In this document: positions 17,686-26,881 of the stretch, piece after piece
How the letters are laid out: the number at the start of each line of letters is the position of its first letter
Numbering within the stretch: the first letter of the stretch is position 1
DNA from: a bacterium
GTDB lineage: Bacteria > Zhuqueibacterota > Zhuqueibacteria > JANLFK01 > Oleimicrobiaceae
NCBI GenBank assembly: GCA_037445575.1
Contig: JBBIKH010000003.1
Location: 1,094 to 39,290, forward strand
Length of the DNA stretch: 38,197 bases
Direction: 5' to 3'
Translations under genes and position numbers: made by a program
The notes under the pieces: generated by a model
Seen by the model: only the letters and a program-made list of their open reading frames with translations
The model's database searches: none
Told to the model about the DNA's origin: nothing

Positions 17686-19695
17686 ATGATCGACTTTAAG
17701 GAGCATCTATACGACGATGACCCTTCACAGGGGCACCCGGATGTACGTACCCGTTTGCGCGACGCGTACTACTTCTTGCTCGGCAACGGTCGCATCCAGG
17801 CGGCCGTGCAAATCTCCCCGGCCGGGGAAGGCACGCCGCTAGGGCTGCTGGTGATGGATCCTGAGCGTCTCGGCAAGAAGCGTGAGGCACTCACCTTTGA
17901 GGACGGCTCCGGACTGGAGGGGACCATGCTGGGGCTGCACACAGGAGGCCAAACCTGGCACCCAGATGGCCGACTCTTGCAGGCGCACTGGATCACGAGG
18001 GAGGGAGTGCCGGCGGTGGAGGTGAGTTGGCCAGCAGGCGACGCTCAGGTGACGGAGTGCTTCTTCTGTCCATGGCCCGATCGACCGATGCTTGTGCGGG
18101 AGGTCAAAGTGCGGAGCCCGCAAGGGATGCCCCACGCCGTCCTGACCACTGCCCTGCGCGGTCAGCATCTGCGCAAGGAACTTGCTCTCTTCGACAATAC
18201 CGCAAGCTGGAACCTCTGTTACCGCCTCGAAGATGGTCGGGTGCTTCTGGAGGAGGGCGTAACCGATGAGTTGACGCGCCCGCATGCAGAAAGACTGACG
18301 ACCCCTTCCAGCCTCTCCTTTGCGGAGCCGCTCTTGGACCACTACTTCAACGCCGCCCGGGTGCAGCTGCCGGCAGCCATCTCCGCTTCAGGTCGCATGG
18401 ACGGCAGTATCTGGCAGTACAATCGCGAATGGGTGCGGGACCAATCTATGGTGGTGCTGGGCCTGCTCATGGCCGGTCATCACCAGTTGGCTCGCACCAT
18501 GCTAGCGCGCCTGTTTGCGGAGTTTGTGACTCCGGAGGGGGACACGGTGGACTCCAGTGTGCGGCGCGACCCAGACGAGGTAGAGCTCGACCAAGGGGGT
18601 GCGCTGTTGAGTGCGCTTGCCGCCTACTGCCGCTGGACCGGTGAGCTCAGCTTCGCAGATCAATTGTGGCAGCGGGTGGTGGCCGTGGCGGAGTTCCCGC
18701 TGCAGCCAGTGTTTCGTCACCCGGGTTCAGGGTTGTTGGCGAACAGCCGCGAGTACTGGGAGCGCCATCGCCTGTACGGAATACTGCCTGGAATGGAACT
18801 CACCTATCAGCTCTACGCTGCGGTGGGTTTGCACGCAGCGGCTGAAATGGCCAGGGCCCTTGGGCATGCCAACGAGGCGGAACGTTGGACTAGGGAGGCG
18901 ACCTCGCTGTGGGGCGCTGCTCTTCATCACCCAACCCATAGTCTGGTGGAGGGCGGCCGGCTCATCAAAAGGAGGGGGCTGGACGGCCAGGTGCAGCGCA
19001 CCATTACAGCCTCAGCCGAAGCTCAGCTCCACCCGAGCGTGCCCTTGGCAGGGCCAGGGCCGCACTACCTCAACCCGGATACCTCCTGTGTGCTGCCCAT
19101 CGCGCTGGAGATGCTGCATCCGACCTTGCCGATAGCGCAGGCTACCTTGGCCGATATGGAGCAGCTGTGGAACCAGCAGTGGGACATCGGAGGCTATGGG
19201 CGCTATCACGTATCTTCGGAGCCGGACTCGCCGGGCCCCTGGCCGTTTGCTTCCTTGTTCGTTGCGCGCGCTCTGGCTGAGGCCGGCGATGGGGAGAAGG
19301 TGTGGCGAGTGTTGCGTTGGCTCAACTCTGTGCCTGGAGGGGTATCTGGCGCCTGGTTCGAATTCTACGGGCCGAGGCCGTGCCCACCATGTCCACAGGT
19401 CGGCATCATCCCGTGGACCTGGGCCGAGATGTTGGGGCTGTTGGTGGAGCACGTTGCCGGCGTGCGGCCGCGAGGGGACGGTCTGCACATCCGTCCCCAG
19501 CTGCTCCCTGGCGTGAATCGCATTCAAGGGGACTTTCCCTTCCGCGGCGGCCGCCTGTGCATCGACATCAAGAGGGCTGAATCCCCTGAGCAATGCCGCT
19601 TGCATACCGATGGGCAGATGCTGCGCTCCACGGCCAAAGAGGCCGTCATCTCATATCAGGAGGGAGACCTGCACGTGGAAGCGGTAGTAGCCTAG
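17686..19695 (+). CDS. Six-hairpin glycosidase, GH15-like
   Basis: AAGGAG RBS then ATG at 17686; WVRD, ELDQ, YWER motifs in a helical (alpha/alpha)6-type region; no signal peptide. Confidence 0.7.
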   Translation: MIDFKEHLYDDDPSQGHPDVRTRLRDAYYFLLGNGRIQAAVQISPAGEGTPLGLLVMDPERLGKKREALTFEDGSGLEGTMLGLHTGGQTWHPDGRLLQAHWITREGVPAVEVSWPAGDAQVTECFFCPWPDRPMLVREVKVRSPQGMPHAVLTTALRGQHLRKELALFDNTASWNLCYRLEDGRVLLEEGVTDELTRPHAERLTTPSSLSFAEPLLDHYFNAARVQLPAAISASGRMDGSIWQYNREWVRDQSMVVLGLLMAGHHQLARTMLARLFAEFVTPEGDTVDSSVRRDPDEVELDQGGALLSALAAYCRWTGELSFADQLWQRVVAVAEFPLQPVFRHPGSGLLANSREYWERHRLYGILPGMELTYQLYAAVGLHAAAEMARALGHANEAERWTREATSLWGAALHHPTHSLVEGGRLIKRRGLDGQVQRTITASAEAQLHPSVPLAGPGPHYLNPDTSCVLPIALEMLHPTLPIAQATLADMEQLWNQQWDIGGYGRYHVSSEPDSPGPWPFASLFVARALAEAGDGEKVWRVLRWLNSVPGGVSGAWFEFYGPRPCPPCPQVGIIPWTWAEMLGLLVEHVAGVRPRGDGLHIRPQLLPGVNRIQGDFPFRGGRLCIDIKRAESPEQCRLHTDGQMLRSTAKEAVISYQEGDLHVEAVVA

Positions 19696-19733
19696 ACCGT
19701 ATGTGGCTTTGTACAGGTTTGGCGAGGAGAAAA

Positions 19734-20993
19734 ATGACCAGTCGAGAGCGGGTTCGTACAGCCTTGGCGCACCGCAGTCCTGACAAGGTGCCTGTGGACT
19801 TTGGAAGCACCGGCGTGACCGGCATGCACGTGACGTGTGTGGAGAAATTGCGGGGGTACTACGGCTTAGAACGGCGACCGGTGAAGGTTCACGAGCCTTA
19901 CCAGATGCTTGGCTGGATTGACGAAGACCTGCAGCAGGTGCTGGGCATCGACGTGGAGGGGCTCTACGCCCGCACCACGATGTTCGGCTTCCCCAATGAG
20001 AACTGGCGCGAGTTCCGACTGCCCTGGGGACAGGTCGTATTGGTCTCAGAGCACTTTCGCACTACCGTGGACAAGAACGGGGACCTGCTCATCTATCCAG
20101 AAGGGGACACCTCAGCGCCCCCAAGCGGACGAATGCCGGTTGGGGGGTTTTTCTTTGACACCATTGTGCGTCAGCCTCCCCTTGCCGAAGCGCACCTCAA
20201 CCCGCAGGACAACTTGGAGGAGTTTGTCCCTCTCTCCGACCGCGACCTGGAACACTACCGGGGAGAGGTGCGGCGGCTCAGCGCTTCCACAAGGGCGGTG
20301 GTTGCCAGCTTCGGCGGCACCGCCTTCGGCGATATCGCTCTGGTGCCCGCTCCCTTCCTCAAGCACCCCAAGGGCATACGCGATATTGAGGAATGGTACA
20401 TCTCCACCGTCACCCGCCAGGACTACTTGCATCGGGTGTTCTCTGCTCAGACCGAGGTGGCGTTGGCCAACCTGGAGCGGATTCACGCCATTGTCGGGGA
20501 CCTCGTGGATGTGGTCTTTGTCTGCGGCACAGACTTTGGCACGCAAAGCTCGAGCTTTTGCTCGGTTGAGACCTTTCGGTCGCTCTACGCACCTTATTAC
20601 AAGCGGGTCAACGACTGGATCCACCAACACACCTCCTGGAAGACCTTTAAACATTCCTGCGGGGCGGTGGAGCCGTTCATTGAGGCATTTATCGAGGTTG
20701 GCTTCGACATCATTAATCCTGTGCAGTGCTCGGCAGCAGGCATGGACCCCGAACACCTGAAGCGCACGTACGGCGAGCGGATCGTATTCTGGGGCGGTGG
20801 AGTCGATACGCAAAAGACGTTACCCTTTGGAACTCCCGCCCAGGTGCGCGACGAAGTGCTGCGGCGCTGCGAGATCTTTGCGCGTGATGGGGGCTTTGTT
20901 TTCAACGCGGTGCACAACGTGCAGGCGAATACGCCGGTGCAGAACCTGGTCGCCATGTTCGAGGCAGTGCATGAGTTCAACGGCGACCGTTAG
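19734..20993 (+). CDS. Uroporphyrinogen decarboxylase / MtaA-CmuA methyltransferase family protein
   Basis: Start MTSRERV after GAGGAG; PDKVPVDFG, TDFGTQ, FKHSCG, INPVQ, FWGGGVDTQKTLPFGTP, HNVQ. Confidence 0.85.
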   Translation: MTSRERVRTALAHRSPDKVPVDFGSTGVTGMHVTCVEKLRGYYGLERRPVKVHEPYQMLGWIDEDLQQVLGIDVEGLYARTTMFGFPNENWREFRLPWGQVVLVSEHFRTTVDKNGDLLIYPEGDTSAPPSGRMPVGGFFFDTIVRQPPLAEAHLNPQDNLEEFVPLSDRDLEHYRGEVRRLSASTRAVVASFGGTAFGDIALVPAPFLKHPKGIRDIEEWYISTVTRQDYLHRVFSAQTEVALANLERIHAIVGDLVDVVFVCGTDFGTQSSSFCSVETFRSLYAPYYKRVNDWIHQHTSWKTFKHSCGAVEPFIEAFIEVGFDIINPVQCSAAGMDPEHLKRTYGERIVFWGGGVDTQKTLPFGTPAQVRDEVLRRCEIFARDGGFVFNAVHNVQANTPVQNLVAMFEAVHEFNGDR

Positions 20994-21046
20994 GCCTGCG
21001 CCACGAGGCGAGAGATAACCTTGGGAGTAACAGAAGGAGGTGGGCG

Positions 21047-23455
21047 ATGAGAAGATTTTGGCAACTGCCCGTGGCGGCGCTGGTGCTGCTGTTGTCTGCC
21101 GCTGTGGCGAGAGGGCAATCATCGCTGCCTTTCTACGGGGCCTATGACGAGCTGCTGTCTGCCCCACCGGGAGCGCTTGCCAACGGCCTCTTGGGGTTCG
21201 TGAATCCGGCCGTCCTTCCGCACGTACACGGCCCCGAGCTGCGGGCGTCGTTTGTGACGCGCCAGGGGGACCTTGTTAAGTGGGGGCTGTTCAGCGCAGG
21301 ACCGCATATGGGCTTCGGGATGGTGGAGGACCGTTCCGGGCCACGCAGCGTGCGTTGGTACCGTGCCTCCCTGGCTGCAGGGGGAGGGGCTATGTCGGCG
21401 GGACTGGGATATGGGTGGTCCAACAACGGCAATGGGGAGATCTGGTATGGGGGTCTACTGGCACGTCCCCTGCGACATGCCTCGTTGGGCGTGAGTGCAT
21501 GGCACGCGCCCCGACGGGACCGCAGTGAGGTGGTGATTGAGCTTGGCCTACGTCCGCTGGGAAGCGACGTGCTCACCCTTTTTGGGGACCTCAGTGCGCA
21601 TGACCAGCAGCACCTTACCGATGGCCGCTGGAGCGTGGGCCTGGCCCTCCAACCTCTCCCTGGCATCCATCTTGTAGGCCGGTACTTCCGCGACGAGGTC
21701 TTTACCGTCGGCCTGAGTGCGAGTCTGGGCAAAGCCGGCTTTGCCGTACAGCGCCGGGGCGACAAAGGAGCAGGACCGGATCATCTTGCCTACCATGCCC
21801 GCCTCGGCAGGGCCACACCCAACGTGGTGGACTCGTACCTCTTGCGTGGCAAATGTTCCTTGATCATGGAGCTCAAGGGTCAGGTAAGGTACCAGCGCTA
21901 TAGGCTCTTGGATGTGCCTGGTCACCAGCTCAGCGACCTGCTCTTCACCTTGCGACACGCGGCAGAAGATCCGCGAGTGGCCGCCGTAGCGCTGAATCTG
22001 TCAGGTGTCAGTCTCACCCCACAGCTGGCATGGGAAATCAGGCGGCAACTGGCAGAGGTGCGGAGCGCCGGGAAGAAGATCGTCGTCTACCTTGATCGCG
22101 GCGGCATGACCGAGTACCACCTAGCCAGTGTTGCGGACCGACTGGTCATGGACCCTGAGGGAATGCTTACTCTCCCGGGCTACGTCTCCGGGCGCACCTT
22201 CCTGAAAGGCACCTTGGACAAAATGGGCATCGGCTACGAGGAATGGCGCTACTTCCGCTACAAGTCCGCCTCTGAGGTGCTGAGCAGGGAGCAGATGTCG
22301 GAAGCAGACCGGGAACAAAGGCTTGCCTGGCTCCAGGACCAATATGCCTTGGTGAAAGAAGAGGTGTCGACGTCGCGGGGCTTTTCCCCAGTGTACTTTG
22401 ATTCGTTGATCAATGCTGGGGTTCTCTTCCTGCCGGAGCAGGCGATGCGCGCGCAACTTGTGGACACCGTGGGCAGGTGGAAGGACATCGACCAGCTCAT
22501 CGCTGCCACCACGGGAGGCAAGAAGCGAGCGCTCTCCCCGGCAGGGCTTGCTGGTCGTCAGTACCCACCTCGCGACTGGGGCAGCAGGCCGCAGGTGGCG
22601 GTGGTCTATGCCATCGGTGAGTGCGCCATGGACGAAGGGATCAGGGCGCGGAAGCTGGAGAAAGTGTTGTTGAAGCTGGCGAACCGGCGCCGGGTCAAAG
22701 CGGTGGTCCTCCGTGTCGACTCACCGGGAGGCGATGCCCTCGCCTCGGACCTTGTGGCTGAGGCGGTGCGCAAGTGCCAAGAGAAGAAACCGGTAATCGT
22801 GAGTCAGGGCAGCGTCGCTGGCTCCGGCGGGTATTGGCTCTCGATGTACGGGGATGCAATAGTCTCTACCCCGGCCACCATCACCGGCTCTATTGGCGTA
22901 ATCGGTGGCTGGCTCTGGAACAAGGGGATAGGTGAGCAGCTGGGGATGACCAGCGACCACGTACAGGTGGGGGATCATGCCGATCTGGGCTTTGGCATCA
23001 CCCTTCCCGTGCTGGGGGTGCAAATACCCGACAGAAACCTGACCGCGGAGGAACGGGCACGCACCGAGGAGTTGATCCGCGCCATGTACCGGGGGTTTGT
23101 GAACAAGGTGGCCCAGGGGCGGAAGATGACCCCGGCCGAGGTGGAGGAAATCGCCCAAGGTCGCATTTGGTCCGGTGCGGCGGCAAAAGCCAGGCGCCTG
23201 GTTGACAACCTTGGAGGGCTGCAGCATGCCCTCCAGTTGGCCAGAGAGCGCGCACACCTACCGGCTGGCCGCGTGGATGTGGTCGAGTTTCCGCAGCCTG
23301 AGCTGGTCAACCCGGAGGTGTTGGTGCCCAGAGTGGCCCCCGTCAGCAGTGCGGCTGCCTTGCCACCAGCAGGGCTCCGGTATCTGCGGTTTGTCGCGCG
23401 CCATCCCGCGCAACCGCTGCCGCTACTCCCGCTTGATCTGTGGCCGGGGCAATGA
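21047..23455 (+). CDS. sppA: Signal peptide peptidase SppA (S49) with long beta-rich N-terminal extension
   Basis: AAGGAGGT RBS; YKSA (Lys), LRVDSPGG, GSGGYW (Ser), TGSIGV, AQGRIWSG. Confidence 0.9.
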   Translation: MRRFWQLPVAALVLLLSAAVARGQSSLPFYGAYDELLSAPPGALANGLLGFVNPAVLPHVHGPELRASFVTRQGDLVKWGLFSAGPHMGFGMVEDRSGPRSVRWYRASLAAGGGAMSAGLGYGWSNNGNGEIWYGGLLARPLRHASLGVSAWHAPRRDRSEVVIELGLRPLGSDVLTLFGDLSAHDQQHLTDGRWSVGLALQPLPGIHLVGRYFRDEVFTVGLSASLGKAGFAVQRRGDKGAGPDHLAYHARLGRATPNVVDSYLLRGKCSLIMELKGQVRYQRYRLLDVPGHQLSDLLFTLRHAAEDPRVAAVALNLSGVSLTPQLAWEIRRQLAEVRSAGKKIVVYLDRGGMTEYHLASVADRLVMDPEGMLTLPGYVSGRTFLKGTLDKMGIGYEEWRYFRYKSASEVLSREQMSEADREQRLAWLQDQYALVKEEVSTSRGFSPVYFDSLINAGVLFLPEQAMRAQLVDTVGRWKDIDQLIAATTGGKKRALSPAGLAGRQYPPRDWGSRPQVAVVYAIGECAMDEGIRARKLEKVLLKLANRRRVKAVVLRVDSPGGDALASDLVAEAVRKCQEKKPVIVSQGSVAGSGGYWLSMYGDAIVSTPATITGSIGVIGGWLWNKGIGEQLGMTSDHVQVGDHADLGFGITLPVLGVQIPDRNLTAEERARTEELIRAMYRGFVNKVAQGRKMTPAEVEEIAQGRIWSGAAAKARRLVDNLGGLQHALQLARERAHLPAGRVDVVEFPQPELVNPEVLVPRVAPVSSAAALPPAGLRYLRFVARHPAQPLPLLPLDLWPGQ

Positions 23456-23918
23456 GAAGGCGTTCCGGCGGAGACGATGAGGGATCAGGGGAGGAGGTGC
23501 CATCTCCGGGCCTGAAGAGTGTTCGGTTCGATGCTTCGTCATCGCGAAGGAGCCATTTTTCGGCTGCGCGCGGGCAAGGAGGCGTGTGAAACGGAAAGGA
23601 GGGGTACCTCAGCCGGTGCCATAACGGGAGGCGCCTCGGTGGGGCCCGGACGCTGAGGGTAGCTGGCGGTGACTGCTAGGCCCTGCTGGTGGTTAGGGCA
23701 GAAGTAAGCCATCGTGCAGGTGAGACCAGGAGGTTGTGCTGTCATTGCCGCGGGGACCATGGCCGGTGGGATCCTCCGCGGATGTGTAGCGCGGGGCGCT
23801 CTCGTTGCGCCCCATGGGCGACGGTATGACCCTGCGGGGGTCTGACCAGGCCCCTTGGCGGCGGCGGATTCGCATCGCAAGAGTGTTCTCGGCCTAACGA
23901 CCGGTCCGCACATTTTAC

Positions 23919-23946
23919 TTGACATTGTCCCAGGATTTGCTACATT
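23919..23946 (+). promoter_or_regulatory. Putative sigma70 promoter for the small Zn-ribbon gene
   Basis: TTGACA-16 bp-TACATT with extended TG. Confidence 0.55.
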
Positions 23947-23995
23947 TGAGGGCAGTTGATAGCCCCACCCTCAGGCCCGGAAGGAGGTGAGCCCC

Positions 23996-24145
23996 GTGGC
24001 AGACCAGGCGTTTTGTGTCAAGTGCCGTAAGACCGTGGACATCGCTAACGCGCAGCGCGTGACGATGAAAAACGGTCGCCCCGCACTGAAGGGCAAATGC
24101 CCCCACTGTGGGACAGGAGTCTACAAAATTTTGTCAACCAAGTAG
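23996..24145 (+). CDS. 49-aa zinc-ribbon protein, DUF5679-like
   Basis: Perfect SD AAGGAGGTGA then GTG; manual translation MADQAFCVKCRKTVDIANAQRVTMKNGRPALKGKCPHCGTGVYKILSTK*; two CxxC pairs and KNGRPA motif. Not in the ORF track. Confidence 0.88.
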   Translation: MADQAFCVKCRKTVDIANAQRVTMKNGRPALKGKCPHCGTGVYKILSTK

Positions 24146-24200
24146 CTTGACCGTTGGAGCCCCGGCATCGCGGGGCTGGCAAGAGACGTGTACGCATCCA

Positions 24201-24226
24201 GGGCGGGCCAGGTGGTCCGCCCTTCT
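24201..24226 (+). terminator. Possible weak intrinsic terminator hairpin
   Basis: GGGCGGGCC-aggt-GGTCCGCCC followed only by TTCT. Confidence 0.3.
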
Positions 24227-24250
24227 ACCGGGCGGACGCCTTCTTTCCGC

Positions 24251-24279
24251 TTGACAGTGATTACAATTTTCTGTATATT
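24251..24279 (+). promoter_or_regulatory. Near-consensus sigma70 promoter for the small membrane protein and tRNA operon
   Basis: TTGACA-17 bp-TATATT. Confidence 0.7.
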
Positions 24280-24291
24280 TGGCCTGCCGAT

Positions 24292-24567
24292 ATGAAGAAG
24301 GAAGCGAGCAGACATAGAGCAGGGCGCACCGACGCGCACGCAAGGCGACAGGGGATCGCGCTCAGCAAGACGAACTATATCCTTGCGGCGATTGGTCTGG
24401 TGGTGATCATTGTCGGCTATGTCTGCCTTGCGCAGCCGCCGGTCAATGGCTTTCTCACCCTCACGGTGGCCCCCATTCTGTTGGTAACGGGCTACTGTGT
24501 GATCATGCCCTTAGCTATCTTGTGGAGGGGCAAGAACCAAGGGGAGCGAAGCGGCGAGCAGCAATAG
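24292..24567 (+). CDS. Small two-TM membrane protein, DUF3098-like
   Basis: LSKTNYILAAIGLVVIIVGY...LTVAPILLVTGY pattern; ATG at 24292 just behind the promoter. Confidence 0.78.
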   Translation: MKKEASRHRAGRTDAHARRQGIALSKTNYILAAIGLVVIIVGYVCLAQPPVNGFLTLTVAPILLVTGYCVIMPLAILWRGKNQGERSGEQQ

Positions 24568-24603
24568 TGGGGACGAGGTCCTCCTCCCCGGTGGCATAGA
24601 GCC

Positions 24604-24678
24604 GGGCGGTTAGCTCAGGTGGTTCAGAGCGCCTGCCTTACAAGCAGGAGGTCACTGGTTCGAGTCCAGTATCGCCCA
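24604..24678 (+). tRNA. tRNA-Val (anticodon TAC); full CCA not encoded
   Basis: Acceptor GGGCGGT/ATCGCCC, anticodon arm CCTGC-cttacaa-GCAGG, T arm GGTTCGAGTCC; followed by A-CCT. Confidence 0.96.
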
Positions 24679-24685
24679 CCTGAAC

Positions 24686-24763
24686 GGGGTCGTGGTGCAG
24701 CTTGGTTAGCACACTGGCCTGTCAAGCCAGAGGTCGCGGGTTCGAGTCCCGTCGGCCCCGCCA
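24686..24763 (+). tRNA. tRNA-Asp (anticodon GTC), CCA encoded
   Basis: Acceptor GGGGTCG/CGGCCCC, anticodon arm CTGGC-ctgtcaa-GCCAG, GGTTCGAGTCC, discriminator G then CCA. Confidence 0.96.
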
Positions 24764-25087
24764 CACAATGAGGCGCGATTCAGTACCCGACAAACGCACT
24801 TTTTTCCGTTTCCACCTTCCATCCGCACAGTTGCGTTGCCCCTGGGGTGCTGCGTCGCGCTTTCTCATGCCCTGCCGAGACCATAACTCTCGCCGTGCAC
24901 CGCACTAGTATCCGAACATCTCTCATGATTGTGTGCACGCTATCTTCCGTCGCAGGCACGGCCCTGAGGGCTTGGTAAAGGGGCACGCGCATGCGCTTCC
25001 GCCAGGCCTTGGAGACTGGGCGGTTGGCTCCCGGCTCACGGCATGGGCGCGCTGTCCTCCGTGAGCGGCACTGGTCAGCCGGCAAGG

Positions 25088-25585
25088 CTACTCGATACCC
25101 AATCGCTTGCGGGTGAATGGGATCAGCCCGCCGGCCTCGAAGATGCCGATGACCTCCGGTGGCAGGGGTGGGAAGGAAAAGGAGTGTGAGCCTACCAGCA
25201 CCCTCCCTGCCGTGAGATCGATTTCCACCGTCTGACCGTCCTCAATGGCTTCAACAGCTTCTGGACATTGAATGACTGGCAGGCCGGCGTTGATGCAATT
25301 GCGAAAGTACAGGCGCGAAAACGATTTGGCGATGACGGCACCAACTCCGGCGTACTTGAGGCAGAAGGCAGCCTGTTCCCGCGAACTCCCGCAACCAAAG
25401 TTCTTACCCCCTACGACCACGTCACCAGGCTTTACTTCCTTCGCAAAGCGGGGATCGAGGTCTTCCATGGCAACTGTGGCCATCTCGGCCGGGTCGGTCA
25501 CTGTGTAGGTGTACTTGCCCGGGAAGATCACGTCCGTGTTAACGTCGTCGCCGTATTTCCAGGCTCGTCCTCGGATGGTGCTCAT
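25088..25585 (-). CDS. 3-isopropylmalate dehydratase / homoaconitase family small subunit (LeuD/HacB type)
   Basis: [36 protein letters not shown]. Confidence 0.92.
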   Translation of the reverse strand: MSTIRGRAWKYGDDVNTDVIFPGKYTYTVTDPAEMATVAMEDLDPRFAKEVKPGDVVVGGKNFGCGSSREQAAFCLKYAGVGAVIAKSFSRLYFRNCINAGLPVIQCPEAVEAIEDGQTVEIDLTAGRVLVGSHSFSFPPLPPEVIGIFEAGGLIPFTRKRLGIE

Positions 25586-25609
25586 TGCTGCTGCTTCTCC
25601 TTTCGGTCT

Positions 25610-26860
25610 TTACATGAGGTCGCGAAAGTCGGTGATGGTGCCGGTGAGGGCTGTGGCTGCCGCCGTGCGCGGGCTGGCAAGGTAAATCTCGGCTTCCTTG
25701 CACCCAAAACGCCCCTTGAAGTTACGGTTGGACGTGCTGAGGGTGACCTCCCCCGGCGCCATGATCCCTTCGTGGTTGCCCATGCAGGGGCCACACCCTG
25801 GGTTGACAATCACGGCCCCTGCCTCCACCAGCTCGGCGATGTACCCTGCCGCCAGTGCCTCCTTGAGCACCTGCTGCGAGGCCGGAATCACCACCATGCG
25901 CGTGCGCGGGTGGATGCGCTTGCCACGGAGCACACTTACAACCTCGGCAAAGTCCTCCAGCCGACCGTTGGTGCAGGAGCCGAAGAAGACCTGGTCCACC
26001 TTCACCCCCTTTACCTCGCGCACCGGTTTGACGTTGTCAACGGCATGCGGGCAGGCGACCATGGGTTCGAGGTTGCTGACGTCAAAGACCATTTCCTCCA
26101 TGGCGGCGTCCGGGTCTGACCTCACTACTTGGAAGGGGCGACGCGCCCGACCTTCGAGCCATGCCAGGGTCTTGTCGTCGGGCTCCACATAGCCGATCTT
26201 TGCGCCCATCTCCACCGCCATGTTGGTTAGAACCATCCTACTGGCGATGCTCATTCCCTGCACGGTGGGGCCGGTGAACTCCACAGCTTTGTACAACGCG
26301 CCGTCGGCCGTCACCTTGCCAATGATGTACAGGATGACATCCTTGGCTGAGATCCCCTCCGGGAGGGTGCCGGTGATTACCACGCGCATGGTTTCTGGCA
26401 CGCGCAGCCAAATTTTGCCGGTGGCGAAGATAACCGCCATCTCGCTACGACCGATCCCCGTGGCAAAGGCCCCGAAGGCGCCGTAGGTGGTGGAGTGGGA
26501 GTCACTCCCCACGATGAGCTCGCCAGGAAGGGCAAAGCCCTCCTCCGGAAGCACCTGGTGGCAGATGCCGCGATGAATATCGTAAAAGTGTTTGATCCCC
26601 TGTTTAGCCACGAACTCGCGCGCCTCTTTGTGGTTCTGAGCGAACTTTTCGTTGGCAGCAGGCACGCAGTGGTCCAGGATGACCACGTGCATGTCCGGAT
26701 TGAACACCTTGTCCACGCCGATGCTATAGAACGTCTTGGCGATGGCCGCGGTGTTGTCGTGACTCATGGCCACGTCGGGCTGGACCTCCACGATCTCGCC
26801 AGCCACGACCTCCTTGCCCGCCTTGCGGGCGAGCACCTTTTCCGCAAACGTCTTGCCCAT
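25610..26860 (-). CDS. 3-isopropylmalate dehydratase / homoaconitase family large subunit (LeuC/HacA type)
   Basis: DH, GICHQ, GSDSHS, GSCTNGR, GCGPCMG (4Fe-4S Cys), STSNRNFKGR. Confidence 0.93.
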   Translation of the reverse strand: MGKTFAEKVLARKAGKEVVAGEIVEVQPDVAMSHDNTAAIAKTFYSIGVDKVFNPDMHVVILDHCVPAANEKFAQNHKEAREFVAKQGIKHFYDIHRGICHQVLPEEGFALPGELIVGSDSHSTTYGAFGAFATGIGRSEMAVIFATGKIWLRVPETMRVVITGTLPEGISAKDVILYIIGKVTADGALYKAVEFTGPTVQGMSIASRMVLTNMAVEMGAKIGYVEPDDKTLAWLEGRARRPFQVVRSDPDAAMEEMVFDVSNLEPMVACPHAVDNVKPVREVKGVKVDQVFFGSCTNGRLEDFAEVVSVLRGKRIHPRTRMVVIPASQQVLKEALAAGYIAELVEAGAVIVNPGCGPCMGNHEGIMAPGEVTLSTSNRNFKGRFGCKEAEIYLASPRTAAATALTGTITDFRDLM

Positions 26861-26881
26861 AATCCTCCTCGCTCTTGCCAG

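Noticed and set aside
23968-23995. TCAGGCCCGGAAGGAGGTGAGC resembles the SRP RNA domain IV motif
   Set aside because: It lacks the GGAAGCAGC half and the long flanking helix. AAGGAGGTGA is better explained as the SD of the Zn-ribbon gene.
24764-25087. tRNA-anchored genomic island or ORF 24780-25085
   Set aside because: No integrase or duplicated tRNA 3' end was seen, and the ORF has no recognisable features.
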